Source of the DNA: an uncultured bacterium
Lineage (GTDB): Bacteria > Patescibacteriota > Minisyncoccia > Phycocordibacterales > UBA918
DNA: 47,313 nucleotides
Assembly (NCBI GenBank): GCA_950073265.1
Contig: CATMPJ010000004.1
Span: forward strand, 1-47,313
Direction: 5' to 3'
Below are positions 7,766 to 18,191 of the stretch, piece by piece. Below the pieces are notes generated by a model. That model was not told where the DNA came from. It did no database searches and saw nothing but the letters and a program-made list of their open reading frames with translations. Position 1 is the first letter of the stretch. Each line of letters starts with the position of its first letter. Made by a program: the position numbers and the translations under genes.

Positions 7766-10700
7766 ATGGACACCAAAGAACTATCGGTGGGACACTGGCC
7801 ACAAAAGCGCTTTGAGAAAAGCGCAGCGGCACGGGTACCGCTACCAGATCTCATTGAGCCGCAACGTGAATCATATAAATGGTTCACTGAGCAAGCGCTC
7901 AAGGAGGTATTTACAGAATTTTCGCCAATTGCTGACTACTCAGAAAAGAAATTTGAGATGCAATTTAAGCGTTACGATATTAGTGAACCAAAGTACTCAC
8001 CAGAGTTTGCTAAGGAAAATAAACGTACCTACGAAGCGTCTCTTCGTGCGACCGTTGTTTTGAAGAACAAAACCTTCGAAACAGAAAAAGAGCAAGAAAT
8101 CTTCATGACCGATATCCCGGTAATGACTGATAATGGTACCTTCATCATCAATGGTGTGGAGCGGGTTATCGTTCCGCAACTTGCCCGTAGTTACGGTATC
8201 TTTTTCACTACTTCTGAATCAAAAGGCAAGACCATGTTCGGTGCCAAAATTATTCCAGCCCGCGGCGCTTGGGTGGAAATTGAGTCTGAAGCCGATGGAG
8301 TAATTTATGTAAAGATTGATCGTAAGAAAAAATTCCCAATTTCTTCACTCTTACGTGTGCTTGGAGTAGAAAAAGACGCTGACATGATTAAACTCATGAA
8401 GGGGGTCGAGCGCGGTGAAGAGTACATGAAGGCTACGCTTGAAAAAGATCCAGCCAAGACAGTAGATGACTCATACATTGAAATTTACCGACGACTACGC
8501 GACGGTGATCTTGCGACCGTTGATAATGCTCGTGAGTTCGTAAATTCTATTTTTGCTCCAGAGCGATACGATCTTTCTGAAATCGGTCGTCATCACTTCA
8601 ACAACCGTTTTGATTTACCAAACACGAAGAAAGCAGATGATGTACGCACAGTCACTATTGAAGACATGCGTCTTATTTTGACCCACATCGTTGAGAGTAA
8701 TCACGACAACTCGGCCCTGCCTGACGATATCGACCATCTTGGTTTCCGCCGAGTTCGTTACTTTGGTGAAATGCTTCAGCAACGCGTCCGAGTCGGTATG
8801 ACTCGCATGAAGCGAAATATTCAAGATCGTATGTCTACGATTGAGGCAGAAACCCAGCTGCCAATGCAAATCATCAACCCACGACCACTGCAGGCTGCAA
8901 TCAAAGAATTCTTCACCACCAACCAACTCTCACAATTCTCACAACAACAAAATATCCTTGCCGAAATTGAACACCTTCGAACACTTTCTGCGCTTGGTCC
9001 GGGTGGTCTTACTCGGGAACGAGCTGGTTTTGAGGTGCGTGACGTTCACACGTCTCACTACGGACGACTTTGTCCAATCCACACTCCAGAAGGTCCAAAC
9101 ATTGGTCTAATCCTTCGTCTTTCAATGTACTCTCGAGTAAACCGATTCGGTATTATTGAGACACCGTACATTAAGGTAGAAAAAGGGAAGGTAACCGACG
9201 AGGTTGTCTACCTAAATGCACACGAAGAAGAAAAATTCACCATTGCTCATGCAGCGGTTGAGATAACTGATGCTGGTAAAATCAAGGCAGACTTAGTTGA
9301 AGCTCGACACAAAGGGGAGCCACGTATCGTGGAAGTAAAAGAGGTGCAGTATATGGATATTGCAACCAATCAACCATTCTCTGTTGCGACCTCAATGATT
9401 CCGTTCTTGAACCACGACGACGCCAACCGCACACTCATGGGTTCAAACATGCAGAAACAAGCGACGCCTTGTATCGTTCAAGAAGCACCGTTGGTGTCTA
9501 CTGGAGTTGAGGGTATGGCTGCACGTGATATTGGACGTGTGATCTATGCACAAGAGGCTGGAGAAGTGACTGAAGTTGATGCTAAGAAAATTACAGTGAA
9601 GAACAAGGCGGGCAAGAGTCACACCTATCCACTAACACAATTCCAGCGAACCAATGACTTCTCAGCGTTTTATCATCGAGCGGCTGTGTCAGTTGGGCAG
9701 AAAGTAAAACGGGGTGATTTACTTGCAGATACTTCTGCAACCGATAATGGGCAAATTGCCGTAGGGCAAAACGCTCTTGTGGCTTTCATGTCTTGGAACG
9801 GCGCCAACTACGAAGACGCGATTATTATTTCTGAGCGTCTAGTAAAGCAAGCTAAGTTTTCAACTATTCACCTTGATGAACTTGAGGTGTCAGTTCGCGA
9901 TACTAAACTTGGCCCAGAAGTAACCACTCCAGATATTCCAAACGTATCTGAAATCAAACTCCGTAACCTCGATGAGACCGGTGTCATCCGCATTGGTGCC
10001 GAAGTACGTCCCGGAGATATTTTGGTCGGTAAAGTGACACCAAAAGGTGAGACACAACTTTCTCCAGAAGAACGCTTGCTTCGTTCGATTTTTGGTGAAA
10101 AAGCTAAGGACGTAAAGGACACCTCATTGCGCCTTGAAGCGGGTAAGCGCGGTCGCGTGATTGGAGTGAAAATCTTCTCACGTGAAAACGGTGACCAACT
10201 CGACAGCGGTGTCATCAAGCGTATTCACATTACTATCGCACAGGTACGTAACGTATCTGTAGGTGATAAGCTTGCTGGCCGACACGGTAACAAGGGTGTT
10301 ATTTCTCGCATCCTTCCTGAAGAAGATATGCCGTTTACTGAGGACGGCCGACCAATCGACGTGCTCCTCACACCATTGGGTGTTCCGTCACGTATGAACC
10401 TGGGACAGATTCTGGAACTCCACCTTGGTATGGCAGCAAACACGCTTGGATTCCAAGCGGTGGTTCCACCGTTTGCTGGTGCAAACGAAAATGACGTTAA
10501 GGCAGAACTTAAAGCTGCCGGCTTACCTGAAGACGGCAAACTACAGCTGCGCGATGGTCTCACTGGCGAACAGTTCGCGCAGAAGACAGCGGTTGGATAC
10601 ATGTACATCTTGAAGCTACACCACATGGTGGAGGACAAGATTCACATGCGCTCTATTGGTCCGTACTCTCTTATCACTCAGCAACCACTTGGTGGTAAGG

Positions 10701-10966
10701 CTCAGATTGGTGGACAACGCTTCGGAGAAATGGAAGTGTGGGCGCTTCTTGGTTACGGAGCTGCCTACACTCTTCGAGAGATGCTTACGATTAAGTCTGA
10801 CGATATCGTCGGACGTAGCGCAGCTTTTGACGCTATCGTGCGAGGTGAAAAGATCTCTCACCCACATACGCCAGCTGCCTTCAACGTCCTTGTTAATCAA
10901 CTGCGTGGTCTTGCGCTTGAGGTAAAACTCGAACGAGAAGATCGTCGTAATTATGAGACCAAATAA
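7766..10966 (+). CDS. rpoB: RNA polymerase beta subunit
   Basis: GTFIINGVERV, SALGPGGL, RDVHTSHYGRLCPIHTPEGPNIGL, GDKLAGRHGNKG, GGQRFGEME. Confidence 0.99.
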   Translation: MDTKELSVGHWPQKRFEKSAAARVPLPDLIEPQRESYKWFTEQALKEVFTEFSPIADYSEKKFEMQFKRYDISEPKYSPEFAKENKRTYEASLRATVVLKNKTFETEKEQEIFMTDIPVMTDNGTFIINGVERVIVPQLARSYGIFFTTSESKGKTMFGAKIIPARGAWVEIESEADGVIYVKIDRKKKFPISSLLRVLGVEKDADMIKLMKGVERGEEYMKATLEKDPAKTVDDSYIEIYRRLRDGDLATVDNAREFVNSIFAPERYDLSEIGRHHFNNRFDLPNTKKADDVRTVTIEDMRLILTHIVESNHDNSALPDDIDHLGFRRVRYFGEMLQQRVRVGMTRMKRNIQDRMSTIEAETQLPMQIINPRPLQAAIKEFFTTNQLSQFSQQQNILAEIEHLRTLSALGPGGLTRERAGFEVRDVHTSHYGRLCPIHTPEGPNIGLILRLSMYSRVNRFGIIETPYIKVEKGKVTDEVVYLNAHEEEKFTIAHAAVEITDAGKIKADLVEARHKGEPRIVEVKEVQYMDIATNQPFSVATSMIPFLNHDDANRTLMGSNMQKQATPCIVQEAPLVSTGVEGMAARDIGRVIYAQEAGEVTEVDAKKITVKNKAGKSHTYPLTQFQRTNDFSAFYHRAAVSVGQKVKRGDLLADTSATDNGQIAVGQNALVAFMSWNGANYEDAIIISERLVKQAKFSTIHLDELEVSVRDTKLGPEVTTPDIPNVSEIKLRNLDETGVIRIGAEVRPGDILVGKVTPKGETQLSPEERLLRSIFGEKAKDVKDTSLRLEAGKRGRVIGVKIFSRENGDQLDSGVIKRIHITIAQVRNVSVGDKLAGRHGNKGVISRILPEEDMPFTEDGRPIDVLLTPLGVPSRMNLGQILELHLGMAANTLGFQAVVPPFAGANENDVKAELKAAGLPEDGKLQLRDGLTGEQFAQKTAVGYMYILKLHHMVEDKIHMRSIGPYSLITQQPLGGKAQIGGQRFGEMEVWALLGYGAAYTLREMLTIKSDDIVGRSAAFDAIVRGEKISHPHTPAAFNVLVNQLRGLALEVKLEREDRRNYETK

Positions 10967-10977
10967 CTTTCATCTGT

Positions 10978-13900
10978 ATGGCTGAACAAACATTCAAAAA
11001 ACCACCGATGATTCCAACCAACTACACTGGGGTTCATCTAAAGTTGGCTTCACCAGAAACCATTCTCGACTGGTCATCAGGTGAGGTTACAAAACCAGAA
11101 ACAATTAACTACCGTACCCAACGACCGGAAAAGCACGGACTATTTGACGAACGTATTTTTGGTCCAGTTGAAGACTACGAATGTTCTTGTAAAAAATATC
11201 GTGGTATCCGATATAAGGGTATTGTGTGTGAAAAATGTGGTGTAGAAATTACCCGTGCAATAGTGCGACGTGAACGCATGGGTCACATCGACCTTTGCGT
11301 GCCAGTCTCACACATTTGGTTCTTGCGGGGTATTCCAAGTCGAATCGCGATGATTCTTGGTATTACTGCATCTTCAGTAGAGAAAGTGATTTACTTTGCT
11401 GGATACATTGTGACCAAAGTTAGTGAATCTGACCGCACTCGCATCTTGGCTGAGCTTGAAAATGAGTACAAGACAAAACTGAAAAGCTTACAAAACGAAG
11501 AAGCACGCGATGCACTAAAAGAGCGTTTTGACGAAACTAAGAAAGAAATCAACAGCATCCAACAAGGTATCGTGCTTGATGAAATGAACTTTCATAAGTT
11601 CTCAATTAAGTACTCAACCTTGTTTGAAGCTCGTATTGGTGCTGAAGCAATCTTCGACTTGTTTAAGCAGCTTGATGTAGCGAAGCTGATTGAAGAACTA
11701 GAAGATCGCTACACGAAGGCTGGCGCGATGGAGCGAGCAAAGCTCGACAAGCGTCTAGCTTTGCTGCGCGGTATGCTTTCCGCTGGTGTTCGTCCCGAAT
11801 GGCTCTTCCTCACTCGCATCCCAGTAATCCCTCCAGCGATTCGTCCAATGGTGGCGCTTGAAGGAGGTCGTCATGCATCTTCTGATCTTAACGACCTGTA
11901 CCGACGCGTTATCAACCGAAATAATCGTCTAAAGAAACTGATCGACATCATGGCACCAGACGTTATTCTTCGAAACGAAAAGCGTATTCTGCAGGAGGCG
12001 GTAGATGCACTCATCGATAACTCGATTCGTCATGGTGGTGGCGCCTACTCAGCAATGAGCGCAGCGCAGCGACGTCCGCTTAAGTCACTTTCTGACTACC
12101 TAAAAAGTAAGCAAGGCTACTTCCGCCAAAACCTACTCGGTAAGCGTGTGGACTATTCGGGCCGTTCGGTGATTGTGATTGGTCCAGAACTGGCACTTGA
12201 TCAATGTGGTCTACCTAAGCACATGGCACTGGAATTATTCCGACCGTTTGTGGTGGCTGAGCTTCTTAAGCAAGAGTTGGCCTACAACATCCGTGGCGCC
12301 GGTCGTCTCGTTGAGGATGGCGTGCCTGAAGTCTGGGCTATTCTTGAAAAGATTATCAGCGGCAAGCACGTACTTCTTAACCGTGCACCAACGCTTCACC
12401 GACAAGGTATCCAAGCCTTTCGCCCAGTGTTGATTGAAGGCAACGCGATTCAGGTGCACCCACTCGTCTGTCGCGCGTTTAACGCAGACTTCGACGGAGA
12501 CCAGATGGCGGTACATGTACCACTTTCTGAAGAAGCACAACTTGAAGCCAAAAACATTATCTCTGCTAACAAGAACATTCTTAAGCCAGGCTCCTCAGAA
12601 CCAGTCGTATCTGAAAAGCTTCTTGATATGGCTCTGGGAGCCTACTGGATGACAAAGGTAGTAGAAGGTGCAAAAGGTGAAGGGAAGTACTTTGCTTCAC
12701 CAAACGATGCAATTAATGCCTACGACTATGGTGTAATTGATTTCCGTGCAAAAGTACACGTACTTGCAACTGATACGCCAAAATACGCACAATTTGAAAA
12801 CGGTCTCTTTGAAACAACTGTTGGACGACTCTTGTTCAACTCAGTGCTTCCAAGTGATCACTCATTTATTAATGACGTTGTTGTGCAGAAAACACTGTTC
12901 CAAATCATTATTGATATCATCGATGATCGAGGTTCAGAAGCGGTCCCACCAATTGTCGACCGGCTGAAGCGTTTTGGTTTCAAATACGCAACGGTATCAG
13001 GTACGACGTGGGGTATCGATGATGTGATTGTGCCAGAAAAGAAAGAGGTAGTTATCGAAGCGGCACGAGCTGAAGAGCGCGACATTATTGCGCACTACGA
13101 TGAAGGGTTGCTTTCTCGAGACGAGCGGCGACGGATGATTGTAGAAATCTGGCTACGCGCTAAATCGGATATTGAAAAACTTCTACCGGAAACACTCGAT
13201 GAAGATGGTTCTGCATATGAGATGTGGAAGTCTGGAGCTCGAGGTTCTCTTGGTCAGATTGCTCAGATGGCCGGTATGAAAGGTTTGATTGTAAACACAC
13301 GTGGTGAGACAAACGAGACCCCAGTAATTTCTTCATTCAAAGAAGGTCTTTCACCAATCGAGTACTTCAACACAACTCATGGTTCTCGTAAAGGTCTAGC
13401 TGACACCGCGCTTCAAACTGCGAAAGCTGGTTATCTTACTCGTCGTCTCTTCGTGGTGGCACAGGACGCTATCATTACTGAAGATGATTGTAAAACCAAG
13501 GCCGGTACTTCTATTAACCGTATCTCTGCTTCAGGTATCGAGATTGCCTTCTCAAAAGCAATCAAAGGCCGTATCTTGGCGGAAGATGCTCTTGATGCGA
13601 AAGGCACTGTTCTCTTCAAGAAGGGGCACTTATTATCACGTCGTGACGCTATCGCTGTTGAAGAAACTACCTGTGAATCAGTAGTCGTGCGTTCACCGAT
13701 GACCTGTAACACACTCCGTGGTGTGTGCCAGAAGTGTTATGGTATTGACCTTACTACCAATGACATTGTTGATATTGGTGAAGCAGTAGGAACTGTTGCT
13801 GCACAAGCGATTGGTGAGCCGGGAACTCAGCTTACTATGAACACAAAGCACGCCGGTGGTGCTGCCTCAGCTGGTGGAGACGTAACCCAAGGCCTTCCAC

Positions 13901-14646
13901 GTGTAGAAGAGGTATTCGAAAAGCGTCAACCAAAAATTCCAGCTGTAATCAACAAGCATGAAGGACAGGTGGTTGAAATTCGAACAGAAGGACGTGAACG
14001 AATTATCGTTATCGCCCCAGACATGCAAGCTGCTGGCGCACCAAAGAAAAAGGATAATATCGAGTATCCTGTACACTTCCGTCGTACTGTTGCGGTAGCA
14101 AAGGGTGACACAGTTGTTCCTGGTCAGTTGATGACCGACGGTTCTGCTAACCTTCCAGACCTCTTTAAGTTTGGTGGAAAAGAAGTAACCCAAGATTACA
14201 TTATTTCTGAGGTGAACAAGATTTACGAACTTCAAGGTGTAACCATTGCTCGCAAGCACATCGAATTGATTGTGAAGCAAATGATGTCACGCATGAAGGT
14301 GACTGATCGCGGTGATAGTCGTTTCGCTAATGGCGAAGTAGTGGAAGAGTGGATCTTGGCACAAGAAAATGAACAGCTCAAAGCAGAAGGCAAGTCTATT
14401 GCTAAGGGTGAACGTCTGATTCTTGGTATTACCGAGACGTCGCTTTCACGCAAGAGTTTCCTCTCAGCCGCATCGTTCCAGAACACAACCCGTGTTCTCA
14501 TTAACGCAGCTGTAAAGGGAAGTCATGACAATCTTGCTGGTTTGATGGAAAACGTCATTATCGGTAAACTGATCCCAGCTGGAACCGGTTTTGAAGGAAG
14601 CCGCAAACACGAAATGATTGAAGAATTTCAAGCGACGCAAGAGTAA
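10978..14646 (+). CDS. rpoC: RNA polymerase beta' subunit
   Basis: Zinc finger CSC..CEKC, catalytic [35 protein letters not shown]. Confidence 0.99.
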   Translation: MAEQTFKKPPMIPTNYTGVHLKLASPETILDWSSGEVTKPETINYRTQRPEKHGLFDERIFGPVEDYECSCKKYRGIRYKGIVCEKCGVEITRAIVRRERMGHIDLCVPVSHIWFLRGIPSRIAMILGITASSVEKVIYFAGYIVTKVSESDRTRILAELENEYKTKLKSLQNEEARDALKERFDETKKEINSIQQGIVLDEMNFHKFSIKYSTLFEARIGAEAIFDLFKQLDVAKLIEELEDRYTKAGAMERAKLDKRLALLRGMLSAGVRPEWLFLTRIPVIPPAIRPMVALEGGRHASSDLNDLYRRVINRNNRLKKLIDIMAPDVILRNEKRILQEAVDALIDNSIRHGGGAYSAMSAAQRRPLKSLSDYLKSKQGYFRQNLLGKRVDYSGRSVIVIGPELALDQCGLPKHMALELFRPFVVAELLKQELAYNIRGAGRLVEDGVPEVWAILEKIISGKHVLLNRAPTLHRQGIQAFRPVLIEGNAIQVHPLVCRAFNADFDGDQMAVHVPLSEEAQLEAKNIISANKNILKPGSSEPVVSEKLLDMALGAYWMTKVVEGAKGEGKYFASPNDAINAYDYGVIDFRAKVHVLATDTPKYAQFENGLFETTVGRLLFNSVLPSDHSFINDVVVQKTLFQIIIDIIDDRGSEAVPPIVDRLKRFGFKYATVSGTTWGIDDVIVPEKKEVVIEAARAEERDIIAHYDEGLLSRDERRRMIVEIWLRAKSDIEKLLPETLDEDGSAYEMWKSGARGSLGQIAQMAGMKGLIVNTRGETNETPVISSFKEGLSPIEYFNTTHGSRKGLADTALQTAKAGYLTRRLFVVAQDAIITEDDCKTKAGTSINRISASGIEIAFSKAIKGRILAEDALDAKGTVLFKKGHLLSRRDAIAVEETTCESVVVRSPMTCNTLRGVCQKCYGIDLTTNDIVDIGEAVGTVAAQAIGEPGTQLTMNTKHAGGAASAGGDVTQGLPRVEEVFEKRQPKIPAVINKHEGQVVEIRTEGRERIIVIAPDMQAAGAPKKKDNIEYPVHFRRTVAVAKGDTVVPGQLMTDGSANLPDLFKFGGKEVTQDYIISEVNKIYELQGVTIARKHIELIVKQMMSRMKVTDRGDSRFANGEVVEEWILAQENEQLKAEGKSIAKGERLILGITETSLSRKSFLSAASFQNTTRVLINAAVKGSHDNLAGLMENVIIGKLIPAGTGFEGSRKHEMIEEFQATQE

Positions 14647-14663
14647 GCTTTAGATTCTAAAAT

Positions 14664-14707
14664 ACACATAATAAAAACCTGCATTGCTGCAGGTTTTTAT
14701 TATGTGT
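14664..14707 (+). terminator. rpoBC terminator (20-bp perfect inverted repeat)
   Basis: ACACATAATAAAAACCTGCA-ttgc-TGCAGGTTTTTATTATGTGT. Confidence 0.85.
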
Positions 14708-14752
14708 TGGTTTATTTTCACTAAAACTAAAATGCGGGTATACTAAGCAACA

Positions 14753-16456
14753 ATGAATGATGCGGTGCAACAGATTAAAGACCGGTTGGATATTGTGGAA
14801 GTGATTGCGCCATATGTTGAACTGCAAAAAGCGGGTAAAAACTACAAAGGCAAGTCACCGTTCACGACTGAGAAAACGCCATCATTTTTTGTCTCACCAG
14901 ATCGCGGTATGTATTACTGCTTTTCTACCTCACAGGGCGGTGACATGTTTACGTTTATCGAAAAGATGGAGGGTGTAGACTTTAAGGAGTCTCTACGGAT
15001 TTTGGCACGAAAAGCGGGTGTAGAGTTGGTGCCGGAAGCGCCGGAAAAAAAGACGGCCCGCGATCGTGCTTACAGTGCGCTACAGCATGCAACTGATTTC
15101 TATAAAGAATGGCTAGCAAAAACAGCGGCCGCAAAAGAGTATTTGGAAAATCGAGGGGTCTCAGAGCTTACTATCGAGAAGTGGCAGATTGGGTTCGCAC
15201 CAGGTCCACCAGAGCACAGTTGGCGCATGGTCAAGGAATACTTGGAAGGCAAAGGATACAATAAAGAGGAGCTGCTAAAGGTTGGGCTGATTAAAAATAC
15301 TGAAGGAGGTAAAGAACCTTTTGATGTGTTTCGTGATCGAATCGTGTTTCCGATGGCTGATTCAGGCGGGAAGGTGGTGGCTTTCTCTGGACGTATTTTA
15401 CATCCCGATGAAAAATCTCCAAAGTACGTTAACTCGCCAGAAACAGAATTATATAAAAAATCCGAGCTACTCTTTGGTTACGATAAAGCAAAGCAGGGGA
15501 TCCGAAACTTGGATTTCTCGCTGATTGTAGAAGGTCAATTTGATGTGGTGATGTGTCACCAAGCGGGGTATGGAAACGCGGTTGCTGTTTCTGGTACCGC
15601 GCTTACTCCACACCACGTAAAACTTCTGGAAAGATTGTCTGATCGAGTGGTGTTGGCGCTTGATGCCGACAAGGCTGGGATTGCTGCGATGCAGCGGGCC
15701 GCCGATGTAATGTTGCGTCGCGGTATTGACGTAAAAGTGGCAATTATGCCCGAAGGGAAAGATCCAGCTGATATCATTCAAAAAAATAAAGATGATTTTA
15801 AAAAGATAGTAGGAAAGTCAGCGCACGTAATTGAGTTCTTATTGCAAATACTGAAGCAAAAGTATAGCGACGAACGGACACTCAAGTTAAAGACGAGAGA
15901 CCAGATTCTTCCATTCGTACTCCTGTTACCTAATCGAATGGATCAAGAGCACTTTGTTGGAGTGATTGCTAAAGAAATTGGTAGTAGCAAAGACGCTATT
16001 CGGTTTGAGTTAGACCGCTTACGTGAAGATGGTAATAAGCAGACCGATAACGAAAATGAAGAGAAAAAAGCACCAGTTAGTAAAAGTAGTCTGTTTGAAA
16101 AAACCTACACGTACTTGCAAGCGGTCAAAGAGATACAGCCAGAAACCAAACAACAAATTGACGCAGCCTTAGCGGTGTTCGCACAATATCTTGAGTACCC
16201 AATTGTTTCTGTTGATGAGCTAAGTCGCGCTACTTTTGAGTTGTCTGATTCTTTTAATCACAGAAAAGAGCATGATATCTATACTGAGATAGCAGGGGAA
16301 ATGAATCGTTTCCATGAAGAAGCAGCAAAGCAACTCTTAGCTAAAGTAAGGACGACTCATGACGATTGGACGATTGATACCGAAGCGGTTGCTTTACATC
16401 AAAAGGCAGAAGCGATGCGCCGAGAGCGGCCATATACTGCTGATAATTTAATGTAA
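14753..16456 (+). CDS. dnaG: DNA primase
   Basis: EKTPSF, FRDRIVFP, FSGR, KYVNSPET, Toprim VEGQFD and LDADKAG, KDPAD. Confidence 0.97.
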   Translation: MNDAVQQIKDRLDIVEVIAPYVELQKAGKNYKGKSPFTTEKTPSFFVSPDRGMYYCFSTSQGGDMFTFIEKMEGVDFKESLRILARKAGVELVPEAPEKKTARDRAYSALQHATDFYKEWLAKTAAAKEYLENRGVSELTIEKWQIGFAPGPPEHSWRMVKEYLEGKGYNKEELLKVGLIKNTEGGKEPFDVFRDRIVFPMADSGGKVVAFSGRILHPDEKSPKYVNSPETELYKKSELLFGYDKAKQGIRNLDFSLIVEGQFDVVMCHQAGYGNAVAVSGTALTPHHVKLLERLSDRVVLALDADKAGIAAMQRAADVMLRRGIDVKVAIMPEGKDPADIIQKNKDDFKKIVGKSAHVIEFLLQILKQKYSDERTLKLKTRDQILPFVLLLPNRMDQEHFVGVIAKEIGSSKDAIRFELDRLREDGNKQTDNENEEKKAPVSKSSLFEKTYTYLQAVKEIQPETKQQIDAALAVFAQYLEYPIVSVDELSRATFELSDSFNHRKEHDIYTEIAGEMNRFHEEAAKQLLAKVRTTHDDWTIDTEAVALHQKAEAMRRERPYTADNLM

Positions 16457-16465
16457 AAGACGAAT

Positions 16466-16498
16466 CCCCGCTCAGCGTAATGCCAAGCGGGGTGTTTT
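16466..16498. terminator. Terminator between dnaG and a convergent small ORF
   Basis: CCCCGCT/AGCGGGG stem followed by TGTTTT. Confidence 0.65.
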
Positions 16499-16512
16499 CA
16501 TAGGCACAAAGC

Positions 16513-16641
16513 CTAATGATCAGGCGTGATCGGCACCTCGTCTCTTCTCGAAGTCGTGTAGAGCAGGCTGACGACCATGATGATTGCGGCGATGATCAGC
16601 AGTATAGCCACAATGTTTTGGAGGGAACTGGATTCGAGCAT
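16513..16641 (-). CDS. 42-aa single-TM small protein (MLESSSLQNIVAILLIIAAIIMVVSLLYTTSRRDEVPITPDH)
   Basis: Hand-translated and absent from the ORF track. GGGAG SD upstream, one clear hydrophobic helix, terminator downstream. Confidence 0.6.
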   Translation of the reverse strand: MLESSSLQNIVAILLIIAAIIMVVSLLYTTSRRDEVPITPDH

Positions 16642-16766
16642 GTATTCATCTCCCAATTTATCCAGATATGGATTAATCCTGGATAATCTAATTAATACAT
16701 AAAATAAGGCAATTTGCTAGTTGATAGGGTAGACAACTAAATATTTTCCTGTATAGTGTGTCGCAC

Positions 16767-18128
16767 ATGGCAACCAAAAAAGCCACAAAGAAAGTTGCAA
16801 AAAAAGCGGTAAAAAAGACCGCAACACCAAAGAAAAAAGCTACCGTAAAGAAAGCTGTGACAGCTAAAAAAGCCGTAGCAAAGAAAGCCCCTGCTGCCAA
16901 AAAGACCGCAGTAAAGAAAACACCAACCAAGAAGGTTGCAAAGAAGCCAGTTTCAAAAACCACCAAGAAAGTCGCTAAGAAAGCGGCTGTAAAGTCTTCT
17001 CCAAAAAAGACCGCAGCAAAAAAAGCTGAGGACAAACCAAAGAAGCTGACCCGGAGTGAGAAGTTGCTTGAGATGAAGGCTGCAGACTTAATGCAGCTGG
17101 GTCGCGAGCGGGGCTATGTAACCTATGACGAGCTGCTGCGCTCGTTTCCAGAAATTGAAAAGAATGTTGACTTCTTAGATACACTCTACGAGCGATTTAA
17201 TATTGCCGGCATTGATGTGCTCCAGAGCGGTGGAATGCTCGGAGCTGATCCGAGTGCAGAAGTGATTGCACAAAAGAATTCATTTAAGCGAAGTGATAGT
17301 GGTTATGACTCAATTCAAATGTATTTGCGAGAAATTGGTCAGTACCCGCTTTTAAATGCACATGAGGAAAAGGTGCTCGCTAAGCGTATCGAAGATGGAG
17401 ATGATGAGGCGCGTAACTTGCTGGCGCGTGCCAACCTACGTTTGGTGGTTTCGATCGCTAAAAAGTATGTGGGCCGATCACCAGACTTAACGCTACTTGA
17501 CCTTATTCAGGAGGGAAATCTTGGTCTCTTTAAAGCGGTTGATAAATTCGACTTCACGAAAGGCTTTAAGTTTTCAACGTACGCGACATGGTGGATTCGC
17601 CAAGCCATTACTCGCGCGTTGGCTGATCAGTCTCGAACCATCCGCATCCCGGTTCACATGGTAGAAACTATGGCTAAGTACAAGCAGGTTTCTCGTCGAT
17701 TGGCGCAAGATCTCGGCCGTGATCCAATGCCCGAAGAAATTGCCACTGAGATGCAAGTAGAGGTTGAAAAGGTGTACCAAATTGAGAAGATCTCTCAAGA
17801 CACCATCTCACTCGAATTGCCAGTTGGTGACGATGATGATCGTTCTCGTCTTTCTGACTTTATCTCTGACGACAAAATAACTTCACCCGATCAAGAGGTG
17901 GCACATAGTATTCTGACCGATCAAATCACAGAAATTCTCGACACGCTATCTGAAAAAGAACGAAAAATTCTTGAGATGCGTCACGGATTGCTTGATGGTA
18001 CATACCACACACTCGAAGAAGTAGGTAAAGAATTTGGCGTAACTCGAGAACGTATCCGTCAAATTGAAGCCAAAGCACTTGAGAAAATTCGTCAACACGA
18101 CAAGGCGCGGAGACTCAAGTCGTACTAA
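16767..18128 (+). CDS. rpoD: Primary sigma factor with a Lys/Ala-rich N-terminal extension
   Basis: [66 protein letters not shown]. Start set at MATKK. Confidence 0.97.
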   Translation: MATKKATKKVAKKAVKKTATPKKKATVKKAVTAKKAVAKKAPAAKKTAVKKTPTKKVAKKPVSKTTKKVAKKAAVKSSPKKTAAKKAEDKPKKLTRSEKLLEMKAADLMQLGRERGYVTYDELLRSFPEIEKNVDFLDTLYERFNIAGIDVLQSGGMLGADPSAEVIAQKNSFKRSDSGYDSIQMYLREIGQYPLLNAHEEKVLAKRIEDGDDEARNLLARANLRLVVSIAKKYVGRSPDLTLLDLIQEGNLGLFKAVDKFDFTKGFKFSTYATWWIRQAITRALADQSRTIRIPVHMVETMAKYKQVSRRLAQDLGRDPMPEEIATEMQVEVEKVYQIEKISQDTISLELPVGDDDDRSRLSDFISDDKITSPDQEVAHSILTDQITEILDTLSEKERKILEMRHGLLDGTYHTLEEVGKEFGVTRERIRQIEAKALEKIRQHDKARRLKSY

Positions 18129-18191
18129 CCGCAATGTAAGCAATTTTATTAATAAAGCGCTGGCAACGTATTTGCGTTATACTAAGCGTTA

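Noticed and set aside
7728-14501. Many 60-137 aa alternative-frame ORFs inside rpoB and rpoC (likewise inside the ATPase genes)
   Set aside because: No motifs or initiation signals; expected by-products of codon bias in long genes.
16688-17035. 115-aa Phe/Ala-rich membrane-like ORF
   Set aside because: Antisense shadow of the Lys/Ala repeats in rpoD.
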